64,000 bases of DNA from Octopus sinensis (taxonomy: Eukaryota): positions 147,436,001 through 147,500,000 of the forward strand of contig NC_043000.1 in the NCBI RefSeq assembly GCF_006345805.1, read 5' to 3'. The notes below the pieces were generated by a model. It was given only the letters and a program-made list of their open reading frames with translations. It had not been told where the DNA came from and made no database searches. This document shows positions 12,536-25,156 of the stretch, in pieces (within the stretch, counting starts at the first letter, position 1; each line of letters opens with the position of its first letter). The position numbers and the translations under genes were made by a program.

Positions 12536-12740
12536 CATCGAAGGAGAGTGGCTTTCTCCGTCCGGCTTGCGGATCCGTGGAATAAGCTGCCAGACGAGAT
12601 GGTGAAGATGCCGACGACCGCTCGGTTCAAAGTCTCCCTTGACCTCAAGTGGCCTGAACTCTTTACATGAACACCACCCTGTACATAACTCCATGTCCCC
12701 CTACATGGCCTTGCTTTTTGAGCCAAAAAATTAACTAACA
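12536..12740 (+). mobile_element. 3' terminal fragment of a CR1/L2-type LINE
   Basis: Frame from 12536 reads HRRRVAFSVRLADPWNKLPDEMVKMPTTARFKVSLDLKWPELFT*, matching the FS.R...WN.LP....FK..LD end motif. Confidence 0.7.
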
Positions 12741-12906
12741 TAGCATAAGCATATTAAAATACACTCGGTGGAAAACAAGATGGCCGCGTCACATCGTAAA
12801 AAATATAATTTTCCGCGGTTGCCATGTAAATTGATACCAGTTAAAGTTTGAGAAAATGAGAAAGTTTGAGTAAACTGTGCATTGTAGTCAAAGATCGACT
12901 AAGTCA

Positions 12907-13229
12907 CAGTGGTTCTCAAACATTTTTTTAAATTATTAATCTATGGATCCCTTTGAGTACTATTTTATTCAGGTGGACTCCCATAGCCATTTGATGTTTA
13001 AAAACTAGATTTATAGATACTTCTTTCAAAATTCATATTTTGTTTTTCTCACATTAACTTGTGTAGGTTGAACAATGTAAAACGTTAGAGAAAGAAATTT
13101 GACTATTTCTTGCAATAAATACATTGAAATCAAAATTTTTCATAAACTCTTAAAATACTACTGTGGATCCCTAATGTATTATATTGCTTGCGTGGACCAC
13201 CAAAAAAAAAGGGTCGTTGAGAACCACTG
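12907..13229. mobile_element. hAT-like MITE
   Basis: TIR cagtggttctcaa / ttgagaaccactg; no clear TSD. Confidence 0.6.
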
Positions 13230-13609
13230 GACAAAGAAGTATTGAAGGGTAAGCTCCCGGTGAGTTGAAATTCCAAGGCGGTTCAGTTCTTAGTTGAGCT
13301 GCTTTACAATATTCGTTGTGTCCTTGATCAAGTTCTACATGTAGCTTCATTGGACAACGAAAATCCCACCGATTATCTTTCTTTATCGAATACTTTGGTT
13401 TTTTTTTTCCTTTATTCATTTCATATAACAATCCCATTCACATCGGGGATGCTTTAAAGTATTGACTGACTGATACTTCAGTTTATCGAGCCCAGAAGGA
13501 TAAAAGCAAAAGTTGGTCTTGGAAGAATTCAAACTCCAAATGTAAAGTTTGTTTCTTCTCGAGCCATGCCTGGCTCATAAGAGCCGGTTTCCTTGGCGTA
13601 TAGGTTCCC

Positions 13610-13830
13610 CACCTGGACGAGACGCCGGTGAGCTGCAAGATGCAGGAGGAAAGAGTGAGAGAAAGTTGTGGCGAAAGAGTCAGCAGAAGTTCGCCATTAC
13701 CTTCTGCCGGAGCCGCGTGGAACTTAGGTTTTTCGCTCATAAACACACACATCGTTCGGTCTGAGATTCAAACCCGCGATCCCTCGACCGCGAGTCCGCT
13801 GCTCTAACCACTAGGCCATGTGCCTCCACC
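13610..13830 (-). mobile_element. 5' part of a tRNA-derived SINE related to 8930-9320
   Basis: Reverse complement reads gtggaggcacatggcctagtggttagagcagcggactcgcgg. Confidence 0.7.
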
Positions 13831-14309
13831 CAAATGTAAGGAGTCAAAGTTAAATACTCCAAAGCATTTTGTCCAACGCTCTATCGATCCTAGAAATCCC
13901 TTGTTTATTAAATATTTTCGTTCGCCTATCTTTGAAATAGTGCAGTACATTAGTAACTTTGACAATGATGTCAAACTTTGGTACAAGGTCAGCAGTTTCG
14001 CGGGAGAGAGTAAGTTGATAACTACTACTTATTTCATCGATGCCGAAAGGATTTTAAAGGCAAAGTCGACCTTGGCGGAATCTGAACTCAGAACGTAAAG
14101 ACAGACGAAATGCCGCTAAGCATTTTGCTCGACATGCTTACGAGTCTGTCAGCTCACCGCCCTGAATTAGTAACTTTAATAATGATTTCTGACACAGGCA
14201 CAAGAGGGTTTGCTGGAAAGAGGGGTTAGTCGATTAAATTAATTCAATACTCGATTGATGCTTTATTTCATCGACTCCTGAAAACGAAAGCCAAAGCTGA
14301 CTTCTATTT

Positions 14310-14430
14310 ACAAGTCCAGGAGTTCCATTTGAAATTCATCAGGAGCAGTAGCCGCATCTTCATCCATAAGTGCTGAAAATATTTTCATCAAGAGCAAGGA
14401 ATCTGGTAACTGAAGGTCATAGCATGCGCA
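14310..14430 (-). mobile_element. Degraded hAT (Charlie/SPIN-like) transposase remnant
   Basis: Minus-strand translation contains APDEFQMELLDL, resembling the QMEL(I)DL motif of these transposases. Confidence 0.35.
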
Positions 14431-14471
14431 GCTCAATAATGCTCACTTACTGTTCTGTCATTGGTCTATCT

Positions 14472-14690
14472 CAGTGCTTTTCAAACCTTTTGCTGGAGCG
14501 GAACCCCAAGGAAACATTCCACTGGCTCGGGGAACCCCTGTGCAATAATTTAATAGTCTTTTGGACACATATCTGCACAGGAGAATTAAAAATTACTGCC
14601 CATTTTAGCAGTTTTGTAACTTCTTGCGGAACCCCTGGACTGTACTGGAGGAACCCTAAGGTTCCGCGGAACCCTGGTTGAAAACCACTG
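14472..14690. mobile_element. hAT MITE with 8-bp TSD
   Basis: TIR cagtgcttttcaa / ttgaaaaccactg; TSD gtctatct on both sides. Confidence 0.9.
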
Positions 14691-14884
14691 GTCTATCTGA
14701 ATAACCGTTTCTTGCCAGTGCATGCGTACGTGTGTGTGTGCGTGTGTGTGTGCGTGTGTGTGTATCTCAACGTCTACGCTAAAGTCATTGCAAGTTCGAA
14801 TGAGGAAATGATCGACAATTGAAGACAGACCCATGCTTGATATTTTTCAAGTAAGGTGACTACAAAAAGACCAAGTCATTCTCA

Positions 14885-15368
14885 AAATCGTCATCATCAT
14901 TGTTCGACCGTGGTCGAGACAATGGAATTTACCATGCTACGCCAGACTTCACGGTCCATTATGGCATTACGGAGGTCCTGTTGCTGGATGCCTGTATCCC
15001 TGGAGATTACATCAGGGTAGGAGAGTGTGCGCCCTCTGGTATTGCGAGTAGATGGCTTCCAGAGGAGAAGAGTAGAAATTGCCTTGTTTTCAGCTCTACA
15101 GCAATGTCAGCAAACTGGACTCTCCTACCTTTCACAAGAGATGACACAGGTGGTAGTTTCCCATATATTTGCATTTTGGTTGGATGGCGCTTCCACGAGA
15201 GATTTTGAGCTCTCATAAGGAGGCGAGTGTAGGTTCCATCCAACCGCCTCTCAAGCTTCTTTGATAACGTCCAAGTTTCTGAGCCATATGGTAGAATTGG
15301 TTCGACTGTGGCTTTGAAGATTTCAAGTTTGAAGTCTCTACTTAGATTTGATGACCAGATCTTATTCT
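14885..15368 (-). mobile_element. 3' fragment of an RTE-clade LINE
   Basis: Minus frame ATVEPILPYGSETWTLSKKLERRLDGTYTRLLMRAQNLSWKRHP; (TGA)n tail near 14890. Confidence 0.85.
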
Positions 15369-15817
15369 CAAAATAGTCATCGATCGTATACTATGTACTA
15401 GTATAAGAGTGCACAGAGAAAGGAGGAAATGAAAGGGAAAAGAAGAGGAGAGAGAGAAGAAAGAAAATAAATGTCTATAGTTTCCAAAGGCGGATGAAGT
15501 CCATGGTGACCTACCTGCTTTTGATCAAAAACTGTCAAAAAGGCACTTAACGGCTACTAATTGTTTTTGCTGTCTTAAGTGTTTCTTACGTTTTACCCCT
15601 GCCGTGGGTCACGTCTATCAATCAAGACATCAGCTACCAGTGGATACAACTTCAACAATGACAAGCCAGCCAAGAGAGGAGCCTTTGCGCTGTTGTTCGA
15701 TTTGCTAGAGATAGCAGACAGCCTGTACCTTAAACTACACTCAAGTATCTTTAAAAAGTGAAATGGAACGGATATATGTAAATAAAGAGAGGGGAGAATA
15801 GATAGAACGGGCAATCT

Positions 15818-16218
15818 TTCGTCTCTAGTAGACCTTTCCATCGATTTCCGTAAAAAATTTTTTTTTTTTTACATATGGGCTTGCGGGAACTTTTGAAGTA
15901 ATGAGAGCGAAAGAGACTAAGAGAAAGCGATTGTATGACGAGGGAAGTTCTTTTGAAGTTACCGTGCATGGGAGCATTGATGGACATGTGTGTGTGTGTG
16001 TTTGATGGGGTGTGGGAGACAGACAGTATGTTGTGTAAGTGAAGTGCTTCTGTTAGTGTGTGTGAAGAGAGAGTAATGTGTGAAAGAAAGAGATAACTGA
16101 AATTTTTTACTCGGTGTATGTGTATATGTATGTATATTACTTCAAAAGTTCCCGCAAGCCCATATGTAAGAAAAAAAAATTTTTACGGAAATCGACGGAA
16201 AGGTCTACTAGAGACGAA
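15818..16218. mobile_element. MITE-like element with ~85-bp inverted ends, superfamily unassigned
   Basis: 15818-15902 is the reverse complement of 16136-16218. Confidence 0.75.
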
Positions 16219-17178
16219 TGGTCGCCATAGAACGCTTCCGATCACAAGTCTTCTTGATCTTGGTCGACTTGGAAGTAACCAACAACTTCAATAATCGCAA
16301 TTGTATCTGAAAAGAGTGTTATTTAACAGTACTCTGATTTAACGTGACGTATGCAGACATCGTTTAGTGGTTCATTTTCCCCGATTAAGTGGACCTGATA
16401 CAACAGGGGAAAATTTGATGACCAAAAGGAAGGACAACACTTGTCACATAATGCTTGAAGGATGAAATCGATCGCCATGAACTGATCTAGCGACCAACAT
16501 TTGACTTTTTTGTTTTTGTAATTGTTATATAGAGGACAGCTGCAAACATCGCAATCAATTACTGAAAATTATATTTTATTGCTTCTGTCTCAGCCATTCC
16601 TTCCAAAGCTTGGCTATCTTATGTGGAATACAAGCAATTCATATTTTACCTCCATATCACTGGCGCTTTTTTCCTTTCCGGTATCTTCTCTCTCCTCATT
16701 CATATTTTATAGACTAAGTAGCTAATTTCCTCCGATAAATTTGCCATTTGATAGTAATGTCTAATATCATTATTACAGACGTATTCACTTCTCTATTTTC
16801 AGCTATTTTTAACCATAGCTTGTTTTCATTCCTTGCTAAGTAGCGTGGTTCTAGAGACCTATTATAACAAGTAAGGTTTTGTTTTTTCTTTTGTTTTGTT
16901 TTGTGTTTGCATTAAAAAAAAAAACAGTGAAATACTATTGCTACTGTACAAGATTGTTCAGTAGTAAAGGTAAAAGATCTCTTAGAAAAATAAATGAATC
17001 TAGTGAAACGGATGGTTAGAAGAACGAATCTCTTAAAGCTTCTGTAAGCAAGCGAAGACAGAAAGACCTTGTAAATAAGGTATGCCGGAAATAGAGAAGT
17101 AAAATTCGTTACTAAAAAAGATGTTATACATTTTGCACAAGACCACAAACTTGAAAGAGGAAATTAATTACCTAACGC

Positions 17179-17386
17179 TTTTACTCTTTTACTTGTTTCA
17201 GTCATTTGACTGCGGCCATGCTGGAGCACCGCCTTTAGTCGAGCAAATCGACCCCGGGACTTATTCTTTGTAAGCCCAGTACTTATTCTATCGGTCTCTT
17301 TTGCCGAACCGCTAAGTAACGGGGACCTAAACACACCAGCATCGGTCGTCAAGCAATGCTAGGGGGACAAACACATATACACACAC

Positions 17387-17429
<43 letters not shown>

Positions 17430-17596
17430 CACGACAGGCTTCTTTCAGTTTCCGGCTACCAAATCCACTCACAAGGCATTGGTCGGCCCGGGGCTATAGC
17501 AGAAGACACTTGCCCAAGATGCCACGCAGTGGGACTGAACCCGGAACCATGTGGTTGGTTAGCGAGGTACTTACCACACAGCCACTCCTGCGCCTA
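17179..17596 (-). mobile_element. CORE-like SINE
   Basis: Reverse complement of the family consensus. Confidence 0.85.
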
Positions 17597-17668
17597 TAGT
17601 AATAAGTGTATCAAATGTTAATAAAAGTAAATTAGAATGATTAACAAACAAATACTTTTCTTCAAAAA

Positions 17669-17846
17669 TATTGGGTTGGTGCATAATTATTGCGGCTTTT
17701 TAGCAACACATTTTATTCAACAAAAACAATGACGGTCTGACCGTCTGCCAAGCAAATGGGAAGCAGTAATTGAAGTAGATGTTTTTGTTACATGTTATTG
17801 TTTTTATTGAATAAAATTTGTTGAAAAAAAGCCGCAGTAATTATGC
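17669..17846. mobile_element. Mariner-type MITE (Hsmar1/MADE-like TIR)
   Basis: tattgggttggtgcataattattgcggcttttt and partial inverted aaaaagccgcagtaattatgc. Confidence 0.6.
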
Positions 17847-17990
17847 TTGTAATATGTTTTACTTCGAGAGCTTTCAAAAACCAAAAAGCGTTTTATCATC
17901 AAATAGTCACATATACTCACAACTTTGTTGGTCTTGTTATAAGATAAGATACAATACCAAATTGGTAGAAATGCAAAATAAAACTCAAGA

Positions 17991-18379
17991 TAGGCGTAGG
18001 AGTGGCTGTGTGGTAGGTAGCTTGCTACCAACCACATGGTTCCGGGTTCAGTCCCACTGCGTGGCACCTTGGGCAAGTGTCTTCTACTCTAGCCTCGGGC
18101 CGACCAAAGCCTTGTGAGTGGATTTGGTAGACGGAAACTGAAAGAAGCCCATCGTATATATATGTATATATGTGTGTGTCTGTGTTTGTCCCCCAACATC
18201 GCTTGACAACCGATGCTGGTGTGTTTACGTCCCCGTAACTTAGCGGTTCGGCAAAAGAGACCGATAGAATAAGTACTAGCTTACAAAGAATAAGTCCTGG
18301 GGTCGATTTGCTCGACTAAAAAGGTGGTGCTCCAGCATGGCCACAGTCAAATGACTGAAACAAGTAAAAGAGTAAAAGA
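17991..18379 (+). mobile_element. CORE-like SINE
   Basis: Family consensus; inverted relative to 17179-17596. Confidence 0.85.
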
Positions 18380-19759
18380 ATAGGCATTTATTCTACACTG
18401 CTTTTTGACATTTTAGCTGAATTTCTGTTGATGCATTTGACAAAATTCCATTTCATATTTCCGAGTAGTATCCAGCGTGACTTTTCGGTTGTATTGATTT
18501 GTTAATTTAATCTTTAATGTTTAAATATTATATATTTATAGATTGATTCTCCGTATCGATTATTTCCTAATTTCGTTTCAAATATATTCATTGCTGCAAG
18601 GTAGACGTAAACATGTCACTACATAATATTTATATTTAAAAACTGAAAGTATTCAATTATGAAGCTACTTGATAATGAAAGTAGACTCAAATTGTAGTGT
18701 TCCTCAATGCCTTGATTTATTTTACATAGCTTGAGAAAGGATCCAAAGCTCTCTGGGAAATTTCCCTTTCATACAGCTATCTTATCTTCTTGGATGGGGT
18801 GGTCGTACATAGAAGGGCAATTTTTCGATTAACCCGACAGCGAAATTAAACAGCGAACCTCTTGAACTTTGTAACTTTTATCTTCATAGAGACGGGAAAT
18901 GAAAGGTTCAGAGCCTCTCAGTGAGGATCAAAACTGGGATGCAGTCTGGATTCGCCAAGATTACTGTTAAGCCGTTTGGCACTCAAATAATAACTAACAG
19001 CAACCAATATTCATCTTAGTTAAGGATGATCAAACAAGAAATAAGGTCATGGCGATGTGTGTCCGACTTACAAACATTTCATTTCACTGAAAAGGAATGA
19101 ATGCTACAACTGCAAATTTCCTATCTTTCAAAATCAATTCCGTTTAGTTTAATGAAAATCTATTGTTGTTTAATCCCAGGTTAGAATTATATAGATGCTC
19201 CTTGCTTGTTCGAAACAGTGTTGTTGGTCAGTGGCAAGAGTAATATACAACAATACTTAAACTCACAACAAGCCGATTCTGCGATGATTCTTTCAGTTAT
19301 CGAGCACTGCTGATTGTTCTTTGGAAAGACACGCACATAGGTTTATCAATTTCTCATACCTGCACTATCATCACCACCACCCACCAAAATAAAACAAAAG
19401 CGTTTGAGCCAAGTCAAATGAATTCAATATGTAAACACTCCAGTGAGTCATCGACTTTGCAGAATAGTTTAAGATTCCAGTTTGAAATCATTTAATCTCA
19501 TGTATATCGCTAAGACCTCCTAATAATGTTGGGAACTTGTGCCCATTGACAAAAGAAACTATTTTAACTGCTTTCAGTAGTTGTATTAAACCGTGAATTA
19601 CTTGGTTTTTCTTGGCAATTATCTCACGAAGGATGATGAGTCTATGGCATTTGTGAAGAGGTAGTTAGAAATTATGTATTTTATGGCATTTTTCCCACCC
19701 ATTAATTTTCGCTGCCCATTATTCCTGGGAGAGTTTTAGAGGTAGAGTTCTCAGGCACC

Positions 19760-20073
19760 TCCTCCATAAGGTCTTGTCAGAAACAGCCGTCATTAAACTT
19801 TCTTGCTGGATTCCCATGCGTGTGCAACTGAGGTTATGGATGTTATCCAACCATTTCGCTTTTAATCTACCCCTAGGTCTCCTACCAGTTGGCTCAGCTT
19901 GAAGAATCTATCTTGCAATCCTTTCCTGCAGCATTGTAACCACATGTCCGTAGCACCGAAACTGTGACCTCTCAATTTGGATGAACTCTCTGATCTCCGA
20001 GCTATGCAAGCTATCGAGTAACGTTACTCCAGAGACCGTTCGGAGGAAACCAAGAAAAACCCATTCGACATTA
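19760..20073 (-). mobile_element. Degraded RTE LINE 3' fragment
   Basis: Minus translation gives YGHVV..., PTGRRPRGR..KWLDNI. Confidence 0.6.
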
Positions 20074-20574
20074 CTTCCGTACAAATGAAGTGAAAACTAT
20101 CTGTGATAGAGAATTAAAATCGAATTAGAGGTTCAATGGCTGCTATAAAATATAATAGCATTCTTTTTAAAAGTAAACCTTAAGTTCTAACTACAAGATC
20201 TAAAGGTGGCCTAGCTCTTACAGAAAGAGAAGATTGCTAAAGAGGAACGTTTAATACCTTTGACAAATTATCTTTTCAACAGTTGTTGATTCAGTTAAGG
20301 GGAAAAAAATCTACTTTTGTAATCGTTTGTTTGTTTAAAAAAATGTTTATTTAAGCTACTATATTTTCAGTTTTTATTTTGGAAGCAAGCATTGTGCAAC
20401 AAATGTCAGTTTATGAAATATTTTTTTCAGTCATTTGATACGTTAAAACACCACCCTTTTTAAAAACAAAAACTAAAGGTTCGCTTTAGAGAAAAAAAAA
20501 TGAAAGGTAAACGAAAGAAAGAAAGAAGGAAAGAAAGAAAGGAAGAAGGAAAGGAAGAAAGAAATGGACTATAC

Positions 20575-20758
20575 CGTAATCGAATCCTTGGGCAGTAATC
20601 CGCATGATAAATCCGATGTCCGAGTTATTCTGAACCGAAGGTTGCTCTTCATTTGTTACATTATCTTCTGCAGTGGTCGTCTGGGTTTTGACAAAGATAA
20701 ATAAACTTAAAAATAATAATCCTGTCGGTATTGCAAAAACCTGAATTTTGTTATTCAT
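20575..20758 (-). CDS. BPI: First coding exon of a BPI/LBP (TULIP) family secreted lipid-binding/immune protein
   Basis: MNNKIQVFAIPTGLLFLSLFIFVKT (signal-peptide-like), then GFIMRITAQGFDY resembling the BPI/LBP PG..RIT..GLDY motif; phase-1 donor TAC G|gtatag at the position where, as I recall, BPI exon 1 ends. Family-level call; orthologue uncertain. Confidence 0.7.
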
Positions 20759-21684
20759 CTTTGATTAATTTTAAGATGAGGTCCAGCGCCAAGAAATAAC
20801 GTCGGAGAGATGACGTTATTTTTATTGTTTAAATTACTGTCACACTTTGTTCAATTAATTGTTGTTGTTGTTTTTGTTGAGTATTTTTCTCAATGAAACT
20901 TAAATTTTGAGAAAAATTTTACTGAATTTTTCACTTGTCTTTCTTTTTCTGTAATGAATTAAATTGTTGTTTGTTTTTTTTTACTTGTTTTTTTTTTAAT
21001 CTTATAAAGCTTATTTCACTTTAGAATAGTATTTTTATATTATTCCCTTTGATTCGAATTCGGTAAAAGAAAATATATATATCAGTGTACACGTGAGTAG
21101 GTGTACATATGATGTAAACATGTGAGGTTTACTTTCTGTTTTTCCGTTTTTATTGTGTTTTGTTTTTTGTATTTCCTTTTTATCTTACGTATAAATCTTC
21201 AGTGTATGTATGTATGTGTGTATGTATGTATGTATGTGTGTATGTATGTATGTGTGTGTGTGAATATATATATTTATGTATGTATGTATGTATGTATAAA
21301 TATATATAGAATGAGAGAGTGGGGTGCGCGGGGGAGGGAAAAGTTTCTACAAAAATATCTGCATAAAAATGTGTATGTGTGTTTGTATCTGTATATGTGA
21401 GCGTGCGTGTAAATGTCTGTATGTAAATCAGTCTATATGTATGTGTATACCTTTTGTTCGTGTATGTGTGTATATATATATATATGTGTGTGTGTGTGTT
21501 GGTTGTAACTTCTCAGACGGTACCTATCAAGAATGGTTGCCAAAGAGGTATCAACAAGTATTCCATTCAGGCGTATTGATGATTAAAATAAATAAATAAA
21601 TATAAATATGTAAAGAAAAACAAACAAAAAGGAAACGAAAGCTTAAACATAAAATATATTCTTCTTGTTATTTGCAGTCGATTT

Positions 21685-22230
21685 TTAGTTGTGGGTGCCA
21701 TAAAGAAAAGAGTTTCGAAAGTGGTGGTGGTTGCGGCGTTGATGGTTACTATATTTGTAATGTGGAGGGAATGTAGACGGGGGGGGAGGAGGTAGTGTCG
21801 AAGCTAATGATGTAAGTGGTAATGTAGACGATGGTGGTGGCGGCGGGGGGTAATGTAGATGATGGTGGTGTTGCTGGGAGGGGGGGAATGACGTTTGAAG
21901 TGGCGCGGTAAAGTTGTGGAGGTGTGTCAGACGGTTAGGGTGATGATGGGTGATGAGAGGGTGCTGTATGGTTTGGTTGATGGTTATGTTGGTGGTAGCG
22001 ACGTCTAGGAGAGGGGGAAAGACAGCCATTTTAGGGGGTGTGAGGTGGAGGTGGAGGTGATGGGATCTGTGTGTACGTGTGTGGTGTCAACAACTAGTTT
22101 TTTTTTTTTACATGGAAAGTGAGGGGGGGTATGCAGTTTGTAGAAGGTGATGTCGTCGGTGGAGGCGGCGGCGGCGGCGACTAAGTCGGCGGGATGTCAT
22201 ATAGTAGTGGTTGTGAGTTGCGTGTGTAAC
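21685..22230. repeat. GGT/GT-rich low-complexity region
   Basis: Direct reading; explains the His/Pro-rich pseudo-ORF 21685-22029. Confidence 0.7.
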
Positions 22231-22583
22231 GTCGGTGTTGTGGTACGTGGGAGTACACAGACTTGAAGACAGGAAAAAAAAAAAGGGGGTAATTTTAGAG
22301 GTAGCAATTGCGGGTGGTGATTTATAAAAAGAGAAATCGGTGCATGTACACCCGAACAAATGTGCGCACGCGCGTTCAGACTAATACAGGTATATCAGAT
22401 ACCATACAACAGAAATCCTCGATTTATTAAAACTATCTCCTCCGCCTCCAGAGGATGTGTCGTAATTAGTAATTAGCAAATAGCTATTAAGATCAGCTCC
22501 ATATGAGAAGAGGTGATAACCTCAAGGATCAATAATTCTTCATAATTGACATAGCATTAAGAAAATGAAGTCTTAAAAGAGAA

Positions 22584-22628
22584 GCCTTGGTCGCGTGTTT
22601 CTGGCTCAATAGGCCTCATCAGTACGGC
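22584..22628 (-). ncRNA. Degenerate type I hammerhead-like motif
   Basis: Minus strand ctgatga-ggc-ctattga-gcc-a-gaaac-acgc-gac; exact CUGAUGA, but cleavage triplet and stem I are damaged. Confidence 0.3.
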
Positions 22629-22959
22629 AACTGCCCAACCTTCTCCAATCGCCAAGAGACTTAGACTTGTACGAAAAGAGTAGAACTCATTTATGGTTTT
22701 GGTAATTAAACAAAAATAAGCTACTATAAATAACTCAGGACAGCCAGTAGCATGTATTTGAACAACATTACAGAGACTATTACAGGTACATCAAATACCA
22801 TACAACATAAATTCTTGTTTGATTAAAAATATCTCAGCCTTCACATGATGTAATCATAATTACCAAATCATAATTATGACTACCTCCGGCCATTTTGAGT
22901 TCTTTTTTTTTTTTTTGGCAATGATTGCCTGCTGCCAAACTCAAGGAAAAAGTTTTTGA

Positions 22960-23311
22960 TTTATGTTCTGAGTTCAAATTCCGCCGAGGTCGACTTTGCC
23001 TTTCATCCTTTCGGGGTCGATAAATTAAGTACCAGTTACGCACTCGGGTCGATGTAATCGATTTAATCTCTTTGTCTGTCCTTGTTTGACCCCTCTATGT
23101 TTAGACCCTTGTGGGTAGTAAAGAAATAGGTATTTAGTCTGCCGTTACGTTCTGAGTTCAAATTCCGCCGAGGTCGACTTTGCCTTTCATCCTTTCGGGG
23201 TCGATAAATTAAGTACCAGTTACGCACTGGAGTCGATGTAATCGACTTAATCCTTTTGTCTGTCCTTGTTTGTCCCCTCTATGTTTAGACCCTTGTGGGT
23301 AATAAAGAAAC
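22960..23311 (+). mobile_element. Nin-domain SINE body dimer, headless
   Basis: Two bodies joined at gaaatagg|tattt (ggtat 23129-23133). Confidence 0.85.
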
Positions 23312-23655
23312 AGATTTATGTACTTTTCCTAATATTACATACCATTTTGTATGCCGGAACACTCAGCTGTGAAGCGTATTGGTTGCTTAGAAATTTGTAT
23401 CAAGTCAATTAATAAAATTAAAGCACATCTCACTTCATAACAAAGTTATGCGAAAAAATTATGAAACTTTTATTGAATTTCTTTTACACATAAAGACCAG
23501 ATAGTTCTCAAGAGGCGATACCTTACAAAAGCCTATCAGCTCGTATGACCATTAAGAACTATCCTTATGTGGCAAGTTGAAAAGGTGTGAGAAGCATCAA
23601 TTCTATTTATCAAACTAATATTCAAAGTTTGATGAAGTAAAAATACTGTCTACAA

Positions 23656-23856
23656 CAGTGCTTTTCAAACTTTTTGCTGAAGCGGAACCCCAAAGAAACA
23701 TTCCACTGGCTCGAGGAACCCCTGTCCAATAATTTAATTGTCTTATGCACACATATCTGCACAGGAGAATTAAAAATTAATGTCGATTTTAGCATTTTTG
23801 TAACTTCTTGCGGAACCCCTGGACTGTTCTGGCGGAACCCTGGTTGAAAACCACTG
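23656..23856. mobile_element. hAT MITE with 8-bp TSD
   Basis: Same family as 14472; TSD gtctacaa on both sides. Confidence 0.9.
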
Positions 23857-24529
23857 GTCTACAAAGTAAAGATGTTATAATTATTCAAGCCTGAACAACC
23901 CTAATATGTTTCCAAGTTTATTCTAACTTATTTAAATTCTACATAGGCATATAGAGATTTTGAATATTTTATAAATTCACGGCAATTAGAAGGGGGGAAG
24001 ATGAAAATATTTCAGACCGTTACTTGGAGACTTACAAAAAACACTGTAAAATTAAGAGAGGGTTTTAAAGTGCGTTTCAAGGGTATGGAGATAATGTGCG
24101 CAGCTGACTGGAGTTTAACATTTGATGAGTTAGAAATGGGGAATTTAAGTCTTGCTTAAAAGATGAACTCGTTGATATAAGCGTTGATCTCGATATTAAA
24201 TCATTACTCAAAAGAAGTAACTTCAGTGGCTATTGGCGCAGTGTAAGTAATGGTATCAAATACCTCCATGCTTAGTGCAGCTTCTAGGCCACTTGTACCT
24301 ACCAGTTGGTACTTAGTAGAAATTAGTTTTAGCCGCAGGCTGGCCAAAAGCGTCCTAAGTAGAGTTAGCAGACGGAAACTAAATGTAGCTTATCGTGTGT
24401 ATACACACACGCACACATATATATGTATACCCACACACACATACACAGCTGGAAATCTTGGATTTTAAATTGATGCACTCAACGTTAGAGCCCACCAAAA
24501 GACTGCTTAATATTTCATCTTGGTCAGAC

Positions 24530-24900
24530 TGTGAGCTGGCAGAATCGTTAGACTGTTGGGCTAATTGTTTAGCGGCATTTCGTCCGTCTTTACGTTCTGA
24601 GTTCAAATTCCGCCGAGGTCGACTTTGCCTTTCATCTTTTCGGAGTCGATAAAATAAGTAGGACCCAATTGAAACTGGGGTCGATGTAATCGACTTAATC
24701 CCACCCACAAATTTGTAGTCTTGTGCCAAAATTTGAAACCAATATTTCATCTTAGTAAGACGCCGAACTGCAAGAATCGTTAGCGCGCCGGGCAAAATGC
24801 TTAGCGGTATTTCGTCCATCTTTTCGTTCTGAGTTCAAATGCGGCCGGGGTCGATTTTGCCTGTCATCCTTTCGGGGTCGATAAAATAAGTACCAATTAA
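24530..24900 (+). mobile_element. Two diverged Nin-domain SINE copies
   Basis: Nin motif near 24625 and 24860. Confidence 0.65.
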
Positions 24901-25156
24901 ACACTGCTTAATTAAATGACATATTATGTAACAAGTACGAGATTTTTTGGAAATAAGTTGCCAATTCTAACGTGGTTAATGCATTAAAGTATTCTAGTTA
25001 TGTGTGATACGTCTATAATCTTATCATTCCAACTGTTTTTCTGAATTTGCTGGACAATCGCTTGATTCAGTATTTGGGGAGTTTTGCACATTTACAAGTT
25101 ACATTTTGTTACTCTACTTTATCTTTCTTTTCTTTTTTCTCTCTCCCTTTTCATTA

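Noticed and set aside
15505-15540. 17-nt microexon candidate on the minus strand (acceptor ttgacag, donor gtaggt)
   Set aside because: Encodes VFDQKQ with no BPI resemblance; such short matches are expected by chance
22100-22380. Possible promoter and non-coding first exon for the BPI/LBP gene (GCGCACGCGC, TATAAAT, CAT|gtaaaa)
   Set aside because: Plausible, but the motifs are short and lie in low-complexity DNA; needs transcript data
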